DNA of 64,000 bases, taken from the NCBI GenBank assembly GCA_030141605.1, contig JAQGDQ010000439.1, positions 124,001 to 188,000 of the forward strand, given 5' to 3'. Under the pieces are notes generated by a model. It saw only the letters and a program-made list of their open reading frames with translations. It was not told where the DNA came from and did not search any database. Both the position numbers and the translations under genes were made by a program. This stretch comes from Tubiluchus corallicola. Taxonomy: Eukaryota > Animalia > Priapulida. Position 1 is the first letter of the stretch, and each line of letters opens with the position of its first letter. This document shows positions 51,401 through 62,065 of the stretch, in pieces.

Positions 51401-52393
51401 CAGTTATCATGTTTCGCCGGACTTTAGGGCTTAATTGGACCTTTAACTGGGTACCAATGTGACTTCACTAGTTCAGATGTTAATTGGTTCACCTTTAGTT
51501 GGGTTTTCACCGTAATATTGCAACCATAATGGTAACGTACTTCTCGAAAACTGACTAGAATCCCTTTACAAGCAATGCGCACATCAAGTGGCAATTAAAA
51601 TCAGTCACTCAAGGGCATATTTAACTTACCTTGGTTTCGTTTTGTTCCATTTTAATGCTGTAGGTTTTCATGTAATCAACGACAGTCTTCAATGCATCGC
51701 AAATGTTACCGAACACTAGTGGTCGTAATTTTGCCCGTTCTTCTTCGGGATAACCGTCTCCGTACAAGATCCGTAATTGCTTCGTAAATGTGCTTTTGCC
51801 CGAACCAGCCGAACCTGAACAATATAAATAATTGAATTTTATGTTTTTGGTTGATTCTGTCCTGAAGTGTAGATGCAAATAACAAAAGACGTTTCAAGAA
51901 TAAAAATAGTATAAATGTTCAAGGATATAGTAACGATTTAAAATAATGATGATAATGATGGCGATTGTGACGATTATGACGACGACGACGTCGATGATGA
52001 TGATGATGGCGATGACGATGATGATCATGATCATGAAGATGGTGATAATATGCTTATGACGGCATTGATACGGGTGATGACAAGTACAAGGCAGCGGCAG
52101 TAGCGGCATCCGTGATGGTGACAGTGACGTGAATCATAGCACGAGCTAGCCAATAACGTTAGACTTAATAATCTATATGGTACATGTAATAGACCGATTT
52201 CAATATTAGATTGCCAAGCAATTTTCTCTTTGGCAGAAGTACTGTACTGAGTGCACGTAATAATTATTTGTTATTAGTGAACAATACCTAATATAAGTAG
52301 TTGTATTTCCTTAGCTCGTTTCTCTCGGGCTTCATCTATCTGATGGTCAATACTTCTACTTCGTAACACAGCTGACTTCTGGGATTTGTCCAT
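42492..52393 (-). CDS. Divergent heterotrimeric G-protein alpha subunit (Gq-type exon structure), 7 coding exons, ~374 aa
   Basis: Exons 52393-52288 (MDKSQKSAVLRSRSIDHQIDEAREKRAKEIQLLILG), 51814-51630 (SAGSGKSTFTKQLRILYGDGY...), 50801-50566 (...KKIWQDRGVQLSYERKDEY...), 49566-49438 (FLENVDRISMPNYVPTLQDVLYIRKPTIGIQE), 48832-48703 (VIDVAGQKNQRKKWIHFF), 43509-43356 (FILFLNKKDVLEE) and 42676-42492 (HVSCATDT...NLKKTQQF*; alternative acceptor at 42691). Exon sizes 185/129/130/154 match conserved G-alpha intron positions; no internal stops. Confidence 0.92.
45170..46934 (-). pseudogene. Decayed nested ORF (~400 codons) in a G-alpha intron, interrupted by a hAT MITE
   Basis: ORF 46934-46623 continues past one TAA to 46521. 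Removing the MITE plus one TSD joins it in frame to 46032-45730 (...IQSILT|SSARGGKKPQF...). Frameshifted continuations at 45881-45558 and 45556-45266. Confidence 0.5.
46041..46520. mobile_element. hAT-superfamily MITE, 480 bp
   Basis: Perfect 12-bp TIRs cagtggcgtaac / gttacgccactg; 8-bp TSD agtgagca / agtgagta; subterminal g(g/a)gcccttggacaaat repeats. Confidence 0.88.
47100..47410. repeat. Degenerate tandem array of ~70-85 bp units, each centred on a GTAAA...TTTAC palindrome
   Basis: Cores at 47113-47128, 47183-47202, 47253-47266 (perfect GTGTAAATTTACAC) and 47332-47350, with shared aatactga and actatataa.tgatagtaa.aggt flanks. Confidence 0.7.
48904..49325. mobile_element. hAT-superfamily MITE, ~420 bp, in a G-alpha intron
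   Basis: TIRs caatgctggatta / taatccggccctg (reverse complement cagggccggatta); 8-bp TSD cctatagt / cttatagt; internal tttgagg repeats. Confidence 0.75.
51945..52050. repeat. (GAT/GAC)n microsatellite
   Basis: Direct reading. Confidence 0.85.
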
Positions 52394-53016
52394 TTTGATG
52401 TTGGGTTGCTTTGGCTCATGTAAAAGCTATCTTCAAAGCACAAATTGCAAACATGAAGCGTGAGATTAATTACAAGTAAAGTTAAAAAGACTGAAAATAG
52501 GATAGGTTAACATTCATTCTTACGAAAGTGGGTATGTTAAAAAACTATCTTTGCCATCGTTACTAAATAGTGATTACCACACTTATAAACAAAATATGAT
52601 AAAGAGCACTGTCAAAACTAGAAAAATCGGAAAATGAGGGACACTCCCTTTGTCATCTAAAATATGCCGTCGTCGACCATAAGGTAACATCATTATAAAG
52701 CATACACATTTCTCAACAAACTCCTAATTATAACAAATACTGTACCTGTAGTTTGAAAGAAAGAAAGAATAGTTTGCATAATCAGGAATCCAGTTATTTT
52801 TATAATACTAACAGTACCTTTAATTGAATGTAAGCGCGGATGCAGCCTAAGCTGGGGCATGACACAAGGCGCTGACAACTTGTGGTAGCAAGCAGAACGC
52901 CTTCAAATGCAATCAGTTGATTAGAATAGTGGCAGCACAATGCGCGCTGATTAGTTCAACCGATTTACGACACCCAGAATACAGAAACACCGTCATAAAA
53001 ATGTTTAAAAGAAAAC

Positions 53017-53117
<101 letters not shown>

Positions 53118-53823
53118 GAAGAGATAATAATAAGAATATATAGAAGTCAGTACCAAACTTGGTACTTGGTGAACAATGTCACTAGTACGATGACGCAAGC
53201 CAAGCAAACTTTTTTGCAGACAGAATAAGTAAAAGAGCTTTTATTATTCACTCCAAAACGGAATAGCGGCGGTTCTTTGGCGTAGATACATGAGGCGGAC
53301 CATACAATATATGTTTGGTCCGCAGACACTCAACTAGGCATCAGCCGTTTACCTGGGCATTTTATACGTGTTCATTAGCCGTGCACTTTCTTTTGGAAAT
53401 GGTCGTTTGTTTGGACAAAGAAATTAAAGCGTACCAGATTTTTATTTGGAATATAAACACTTAGCCATAGACGCTTTGAACACTTGTGCAATGGACACTC
53501 GGATTATATCGATTGTTACTACGCAGGAAAATCCAAAGCGTAGAGAAAAAAATCATATGCTTTTTCAAACTCGTCATCTAAAGCCCTCCAGCAGCTTAAT
53601 CGATTTTACAGTAAAGTTCTTTCGACAGAATTTGTTTGGTTTGAAAAACACCGTGAAAATGACTTCAAGATTAGCGGTTGTGCTAATAAAGTGATAAATC
53701 ACACTGTTGCGATTTCCTCGACTGTTGTATCAAACACTATCAATCATTCGTAGAACAGTAAAATCGTTCCAGATTCATTTGAACAGCCATCGGTGCTAAT
53801 TCATGAACAAAGAAATATCCTGG

Positions 53824-54050
53824 CCTAAAGATGTGAAGGCATGGCGATTGTATAAAATGTAGATAGGTGTGTGAAGTTAGCTAAGAAAGTCAAGGCACAT
53901 CCTAGAACTGCATACGAATGGTGGCTGTATAGACACGTTTGTGACACTGACTAAGAATGTCAAGGCAGCTTAAAATTGTGTAGGCGTGGTGGATGTACCT
54001 ACATGAGCATTAACTAAGAAAGTCAAGATAGGCTTAAGACTGAACAAGCG
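53824..54050. repeat. Decayed ~57-70 bp minisatellite with a conserved ctaagaa(a/t)gtcaaggca core
   Basis: Cores at ~53825, 53881, 53951 and 54014; the intervening segments are mutually homologous (tggtggctgta / tggtggatgta). Confidence 0.6.
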
Positions 54051-55959
54051 ATTTTTTGGCAAAACTGTTTTTCGTAAGTTACAAGGGTGCTTGACCAATT
54101 TGACGTGACACTTCGAAATCACTGAGCGCACAACACACAATATCATAGGCTCTTGTAATCTTGCTTGTGTAAACATGCTACCGTTACTTGGTCTTAATGT
54201 TAATTTAATAAAATTAAATAATTTAGAAACGCAAAATAGAGCCTTCGTCTTAGGTAATCAGAACATATAAACAATATATACGTGTTCTGAAATGGATTTC
54301 ATAACCAAATTTAGAGGTGATAATGTCTCGAATGGGTATGATTGACTCAGAATACTGTATTCTGAAGTAAACTGAAACAAGTAAAGGACATAATAGAAAG
54401 ACAGTCCTCTGTTGGCCAACTATGCTTTTGCCAACCCAAGAGCTGATTACGATAAATCAATGCTACACTGCAGTGCATGGGATTGTGCTTTATTAATGAT
54501 AATAATTAACGATATTTTATGTGATGCGCATATATAATGTAATGTGATAATACATTAATGTGCATAAATCAGCAATTATAGTCAGCAGATGCATTATAAA
54601 ACAGTTCTACAATAAGAATGACTGCAGTAAAATTTAAGAATACAATAAAAATTCACAAGGCAACTAATTAAACGATATTGCAAAAATCAGCTTTAGGACT
54701 CACACTAGTTAAACGTTACAGTAAACAGATAAACAATTAAAACTGTTAAAATCAGCAATATATTACTTTACAACAAAGTAGATGAACATTTAACGTTTAA
54801 AGGATCAATAAGGCAAATAAAGTTCATTCGTCTCCAGAAGCTTTTAGATCAGATTTCCCATTCTTAACGCTAATATTAGCGATCTGTTATTTGCTTTATG
54901 TAATTCATATTTTTATGTAATTATACATATAGTTAGGTGTTTTACTGCATTTCATGTGCCACAAAGGTTTTTATTACCTTTGTGACACATTTAAATAGCT
55001 CCAAATTTATTAATTGAAGCTTTGCAAACTGATCTTTTCTTTCGTGTCGAATTTGACAAAGTGTTTGTCTAATTTAGTATTTTTGTCTAATTCTGTTAAA
55101 TTCTGCTTTTATTATGATTAATTTTGCAAAGTATGTTAATCTGTCGAATCTAATATTTTTGTCTAATGTTTGTTGAACTGTTGCTTTTATTCTGTCTAAA
55201 TTTACAAAGTAGTTCATGATTTGTCTCTTTTAGTATGTTTGTCAATTTTTTAGTTTTGTTTCATTTTAATGTATTTTGTCCTATTTTATATTTTAACTAC
55301 TAGCAACATGCCATGGACCGTTATTGAAATATTGTGTATACAATTTGATGCATTCCATGTAAAAATTCTATTCTATTCTATTCAGAGCGTAAGGTGACAG
55401 GTAAGGTTACAGAGTTAAAAAAGTGCCAATGTTGCAATATTGCAGTTGAACAGGCCTTAATATTAGGAATGTAAAAGAACCAATTCATTTGCAAAAAAAT
55501 TATTTTTTACAAAACGCTTTTAGGTAAATTCTGGCGAACTTATTGACTATTTTGTTCTGATTTTCGTGTTTATATGTTAAGTATACGTCACTTCAAGCTC
55601 CACAATATACAGGAAACGATGTGCTGAGCAAAGCTCTTTGCGGGAGAATTATTTTGAATAATGTCAATTCAAGCTGCGTGAATAAGATCATCGTGCACTG
55701 GTTTTACTAGGTTGCTTGATGTGTTTTAGCTGATTGCAGCTGCAAATGGCAGCCTGCCTGATTCAACATTTTACTTGGCCTAATAAATATGAATAAATTC
55801 GTCTTTGCGAATTTAACTAGACTCATCCTTTATGAGGTAAGTGACAATATCGTGACTGCGCTCGATAGTTAAAATGCCTCACAGTATATGACAGCTTAGT
55901 ATGGTCTTATAGCATATTAGTAGTTGCATTACATTTAAACGTGTTCGTTGCAAAATTGC

Positions 55960-55960
<1 letters not shown>

Positions 55961-56013
<53 letters not shown>

Positions 56014-56040
56014 GTCATCGTCATCATCATCATCGTCATT

Positions 56041-56110
<70 letters not shown>

Positions 56111-56160
56111 CCATCGTTCATCGTTCATCGTTCATCGTTCATCGTTCATCGTTCATCGTC
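55961..56160. repeat. (CAT)n microsatellite followed by (TCGTTCA)n heptamer repeats
   Basis: Direct reading. Confidence 0.95.
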
Positions 56161-56516
56161 ATAATCGACATTATTGTCGCCTTCGACGTCTTTGTTGACA
56201 TTTATCTTTACACAAAGTATGGTCATAGTTTAGTAAAACTGGTAGGCAACTGTGACAACTAGATTTTGAAACGCTTATAAAATCATCTGCATTAATTATT
56301 TTACTTTGAAAAGTGAAAACAGAACCATAATTGTGTTGAAAATAAGTATGCAAAAACTTTTTTGCTGAAATATGTGTACGAGGTTATACATTTTAAGAAT
56401 ATTCTTAATACCTAGCTAGCGGACTTGGACAATTGTTTGAATTTGTGAAATTGTAGTGGAAATGGTTTCTACAGCCAACTTTTTTCAAGTCTACATTTGG
56501 TAACTTTTCAGTATCA

Positions 56517-56569
56517 GCAGCATCCCTGATGAGTGTCTAAGGATGTGCTCTCTTCACATGAAATGCTGC
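56517..56569 (+). ncRNA. Hammerhead ribozyme-like relic (one helix missing)
   Basis: GCAGCAU-C-C-CUGAUGA-GUGU...ACAU-GAAA-UGCUGC: both core boxes, a 4-bp stem II and a 7-bp closing helix are present. Confidence 0.4.
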
Positions 56570-58429
56570 AGCTTTATTAGTTGGATTTTGACTTTTGGAT
56601 CTTTGTTTTTGCCGATGGTTTCAGACCTAAGAGTTCTTAGGTCAGTCCCTGGCTAACCTCCATATAAGCGAACCAAAAATTCAGATCCAACTTGCTTGAT
56701 GATATTTTCTGGGGTGTTAAGGTTGCACATTTGGTCCAACATACCGGTTTTCGCAATTACTATCACAAATTATACACCATTTTTAAAGTCAAATTATTGT
56801 TAGTGTAAATGCTTTTTAGGAGCAGGCTCACTTTTAGATTTTGTGGCATCACTTCCACTCCTCTTCAAGTGCCTTTCTAAGTTCAAGTAGCTTTTTGATG
56901 TACAATTTGTTGTACAAATGTTGTGAAACTTAATAGTGAAATTTGGGTTTTTATTTAAGGGAATCCTGCAGCTTGCTATGAGATTACCATTTTGCTGGTT
57001 GCTTGATTCAATTATTGTTTTAATACTTTTTTTCACGTCTAGTGAACAATAGAATCTTGTCACAGATAAAATAGCCAAAACTTTTTATTTGCAAGATTCA
57101 TTGTTCACTTCTTAATTGTTGCTAAAGCTGAAACAGAACACTTATTGCAATGCAGAATATGGCAGACAAACATCCTGGTATTTTACATGTGGTGCCATCT
57201 TGAGTTATAACAAATGCTAGGATAAAGGGCATTTTTGGCAATTTGGCGCACTACATTGAAAAATAAGCATGAATCATTCACTTTGTCCGTGTATAAAGAA
57301 CAATTAAAAGTTATAAGTTAGTAAACTATATCCTGAACAACATAATGTTTGGTTAACTTAGTTTCAAATCACTGTTTTAGAAATGCCCAAGCTTGCAAGC
57401 TTGGCATTAACCAGAATCTTTAAGTACACGTAACGAACAAACAAATTCGGCAAAGAAAGTTTACACTGCTTTTTACGCTTACGTCAAATTCTTGGATTGT
57501 GTACCGGACTATCAGGTTTGTTACCAAAAGTTTGGGCGACTCACAAATGAAATGAATACTGCACAATGATACAATGACAGGCTACAAGCTAGAAAATATG
57601 AAGGTACAAGTCAAATCCAGTCACAAAATCAGCCGGTAGCTTCGCATCAAATTGGTTGAATTTGTGTAACATTTAAAATAAGCTCACGTCATTATGTTCG
57701 AATTTAGCGTCATTCTAATCAAATTCTGCGTGGTAATTTTCACCAACAACTACATGTTCTGCATCGACCATCAAGTTAACAGCTTTATAATGCAAGATCT
57801 ATTTATTTTACTGTGGACAAGCATTTTAAGTAACTGTAAGTAAAATTTGCCTAAGCCAAACAATTCACCAACTTCAGGTCACTGTCAACATATTACAAGT
57901 AGGTAAAGGTGTAACTGGAAATAATTACTGATTTTTACGTCGTTTGATATCGTTCATGCTAAACATAACGAGTTTCCTACTTTCTCTCTTTGCTGGGATC
58001 TTAAATCGGGAAGCCTTTAAAGGGGACGTCTGTAAGACCACTTATTCTGCAGATTCCGTATGTATGTGTGGGCAGCCATGACTGAAATTGCAGCACTGGA
58101 TATGATGTTGCAACTAATTAAAACGAAATGAGTCTGGCAGTTTTATGTGAAGCATGATTGCCGTGACATTTGCGAAAGAATCATTAAATGGAAAGAATTA
58201 TTTGAAAAGACTATGCTTTAGGCGATATGAGTTGCTGCTTGTCGTTATTTATTTTATTTTATTTCATATTCATTAAAAATATACGTTAAAAGAATAAATT
58301 ATAAAACAATAAAAACATGAATGTCATGAGGAGAGACGTGACATGAGAATGACATGAATGAATGTCAGGAGGAGAAACGTAAAGACACAAGCGACTTACA
58401 TATTGCACACAAGCCATTTACCAAAATTC

Positions 58430-59340
58430 AAAAACATTAATCTATTTTTCAAAAGTTTAGAATTGCCTGCAGTGACCAAAGGTGCATCATTTACTGAACT
58501 GGGTAAGGAATTCCATACTTGAACAACAGGGTTGGAGAAGAAAAACCCAAACCTTTTTTATTCGTGCTACGAACGTACAGCTTGGGACTATGGTTAAATT
58601 TTGTCCTATCAGTGAATGCTCTAGCAAATTTTTTTTCGGGATTTAAATCCACATCCCTATTAATTATTTTGTATCACATGACTAAATCGTTTAGCAATCG
58701 TCTCTCTCTAACGATCTTAAATGAATGTTTTTGAGTCCTTCTGGGCTGGTTTCGTTTGTGAAATTTAATGTCTTTGCACATTTTCAATAACATTGGTTTT
58801 CAACAACAAGACACATAAAAGATTCCCAAGTAGGCTACACCGGGGCTGAATGTAACACGCGCATGTTGAAGCAGCCTTTATGGGAGCTTTAACCGTTACC
58901 ATTGTCTAAGAGTTCACGGGAAAACTAGGTAATGGTGACCTTTGAATAGCCTTTATATTACATCCATGTCAGTAATGTCGAGGTTAGTGCAGCAGAGAAC
59001 TGAGCTCTAGGCAGTTTTAACAACTGAAGGTAAATTTTTGCTTTTTTAGAATGTTTGGTCTACTAATTAAAGTACGCTATTAAGTAGTAAATAAGAAAGT
59101 ACTAAGTTTCAAGTACGCTGTGCTATAGCAAGTTTTCCTAAAACACTGTCTGGTAAGTTAGAATCGCCTATGATAACAATAGGCAAACTGGTATCACTTA
59201 AAAACGAAGCAAAATCAAAACAATAATGAAAAAACATTGTGATGCATCAGTAGAATAGTTTGGCGGTCTGTTGATCACCATCAAAAAGAAAGAAAGAGCC
59301 CAAGTGCAGAAACATTCAGACAGACAAGTAAGCCATCAGA
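58430..59340 (-). mobile_element. CR1-clade LINE remnant (APE endonuclease fragment joined to the ORF2 C-terminus)
   Basis: Minus-strand translations VINRPPN..., IVIIGDSNLPD and GHHYLV (endonuclease) at 58900-59290. At 58430-58740, a frameshifted L.SL..RRLLNDLV..YKIIN and FFSNPVVQVWNSLPSSV...KNRL (CR1 ORF2 tail). Confidence 0.75.
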
Positions 59341-60504
59341 TTTTGTTGTACAATTTCCCCGTTTTCGTACTCATGCTTCATTTTTGCTCATACAATAGGC
59401 TCTAGATGGTACGTTTTATACAATGGAATAATTACGCTTGTTCATTTAACATAAAAAATATGGTCGTTTGAAAGACAATTTAATTGGAATAATTGTTCTG
59501 TAAAGTTGACTCGCATGATGAATAAGCTGATATAGAAAATAACTACATTGCATTATGGTCTACTTGCTTTGTCATTTCAGTTATGGAATCAGGTCAAACG
59601 ACAAGCTTATAGTCAGTTAGGCAGTGCTGTTAACCAAAAAGAAGGAATGACTGGATTCAGTTTCCAAACTTTCACCAACAATAAGTTATTCTGACTAACA
59701 TTCTGCCATTTTATTAGTCGGAAGGAAGGAAATAATATCAAAGTTGATTATTCTCACACAATGGTCACTTTTTGACACCTTACTGACTGCTTGTCTTTCT
59801 GCCTGATGACTGACTAGTTAATTTACTTATTCATTGACAGACTCTAACTTAAATAGGATTGTTCTTTTACCTGTAGCACATATTGATGTGATATTGCTAT
59901 TTCTTGGAAATTACTAAATTTTGAAGTAGGAATTGACCTTTTCCATGAAGAAATTTCTCAAAGTGACTCAGGCGCGCATAACTAATTCACGCGAACTAAC
60001 AAAAAGATTGATGATTTAATTGTTTATGCTGATCTATTATTAATGTCTAATGCACATGCTGGCTTTCGTGACGAATGAACTCATTTTTCTCGACAAATGA
60101 GCATTCGTTTGACAAATAAATATTCTTTTTGTGTATAGTGTATGTGGATATTATTTCCAACGTCTTTCATTATTTTTGAACATTTTTTTAAAATTACCAA
60201 CAATTACAACAGAAATCTAAATAATAATTTTGTGGCTCTGTCTACGATTTATGAGAAATTCAGTAGCGTTAAACTTGGCTTCGTAAATCTGCTGCAGCAA
60301 TTTGAATTTACGCTTATATACGATGCTCTTTTGTGAGTATAGCCACGCAGTGATTTTACACCTCATATATAAGCTGGGCGACAGGCAGTGGTGTCTGTAC
60401 GAGAACTTACTTCCTTGCTGTCATCCATGGCACACAGTTGTAGGTAGGTACAATTTATTTTTTATAAATGTATACAATTTTGTGCGTAATAAATAACAAA
60501 GTAA

Positions 60505-60626
60505 TAAATAAATAAATAAATAAATAAATAAATGAATGAATGAATGAATGAATGAATGAATGAATGAATGAATGAATGAATGAATGAATGAATGAATGAA
60601 TGAATGAATAAATAAATAAATAAATA
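60505..60626. repeat. (AAAT)n-(GAAT)n-(AAAT)n microsatellite
   Basis: Direct reading. Confidence 0.95.
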
Positions 60627-60697
60627 AGTAAAAGAATAAAGAATCAATATACTAGCATAGGCACAAAACTTCACATGTAGACTCAAGAAAATCGTTA

Positions 60698-61058
60698 CAG
60701 ATACGGATACAGATACAGATACAGATACATACCGGGTGGCGTAGCTCTATGGTAGCGTGCTCGCTTGCCACCCGGGGAGGTCGCGGGTTTAACTCTAAAC
60801 CGAGCCAAAGACTTGAAAAATGGTACCGCTGGTTCTTCGACCAAGCATGCGGGTTTATTGAAGTAACGTGCGGGTAATAATAGACCACCTTGGAAATAAG
60901 TATTGAGTTACTTAAGGTGCTGCCCGTGGACTATGTCCTAAACGAAATTATTATTATTATACAGATACAGATATAGATACAGATATAGATACAGATACAG
61001 ATACAGATATAGATACAGATACAGATACAGATACAGATACAGATACAGATACAGATAC
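60698..61058. repeat. (GATACA)n hexamer microsatellite split by the SINE
   Basis: Arrays at 60698-60729 and 60960-61058. Confidence 0.9.
60731..60960 (+). mobile_element. tRNA-derived SINE, probably of the MetaSINE superfamily
   Basis: A-box region gtggcgtagctctatggtagcg; B-box-like ggtttaactc; central ccaaagacttgaaaaatggtacc...tggttcttcgaccaagcatgc resembles the Meta domain as I recall it; (ATT)n tail. Confidence 0.7.
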
Positions 61059-61329
61059 AAAAACAAATTTATTTTCCCATACGCACATGGTTGGTATTCA
61101 GCCATGCACAAGATTTTGATCCGACTTAGCCGCACACCAAAAGTTATGGCCCTAGCGCAACAACGAAAAAACAAGAAACCCCGCCCACATCGTAACCTTT
61201 GCCTTTGACCCGGGGATTATGGTTTCATATAGACATAAATACCCCTGCCAGGAGGGTGTGGCCTGCGAAGTTTCGCGTTCGTAGCCCTGTGCGTTTTTGA
61301 GTTATTAAAGAAACAAAACTGCCGGAAAA

Positions 61330-61900
61330 ATACTAAATAAACAAAAACTGAGGACAAATCAAGAAAATTCTGCTGTGCCGTTTGTATAGTAGAATCTTGA
61401 TTATGAAAATCAGAATCTATAGCGTGAGCTATCAAGCAAGGTGAAGTTGTGAGTACATTTCAAGAAACTTTCCTAGTAAATTTCTCATCACTTCAATTTA
61501 ATGACTGACTTTTGGCATTTATACGCGCAAAGGGAATCCAAGAATGCTTACAACAAATTCTGCACAGTGCTCAGCTAGCCATTATTATGTGCTTGATTTA
61601 ATGAGAACGGACGGACGAACATTCTAACGAGATTAGCGTCTACAAACTCAACCAGGGACTCACTGGGACTGCTATACTTAATTGAATCGACGAGTGTGGC
61701 TAATAACGGGTTTGGTAACATGACTGGAATAATTATAGAAAACGAAGCCGTTGCCTGCTTGAACACTTCATGTCTTTTTACTTCAGGTGTTGAATTGAGC
61801 AATTAAATTCGAAAAGCTGCATGGAGGATAGTACAGTACAATGATTGCATGAAGATAGTCTCTTTTTGGTGATAATTAGGAGGTTTTTCTTCTCTTGTTT
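61330..61900 (-). mobile_element. Possible decayed DNA-transposase (hAT-like) remnant
   Basis: Fragmented minus-strand ORFs (61575-61802, TPEVKRHEVFKQ) loosely resembling the hAT CxxH / SxKR / TRW region; weak. Confidence 0.25.
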
Positions 61901-62065
61901 TTTCCTCAAAAATGGCTTAAGACAGTATACTAGGACATGTACGAGCTGTACAAAGCTGTAACGTTTAATGTTATATGTATGGAGTTTGTAGAAGTTGTAG
62001 CTCATTGCCTTCCAACATATATAGGTGTTAGCGTAACTATTTAACAATGTAGTATTATGGCACAA

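Noticed and set aside
53824-54050. Repeat-spacer pattern resembling a CRISPR array
   Set aside because: The spacers are homologous to one another, the repeats are only 17 bp, the context is eukaryotic and there are no cas genes; it is a decayed minisatellite.
55879-56262. Poly-Asp/His/Ile ORFs
   Set aside because: Translations of the (CAT)n microsatellite.
60731-60805. Functional tRNA gene
   Set aside because: B-box is mutated, there is no proper cloverleaf, and it continues into a SINE body and tail.
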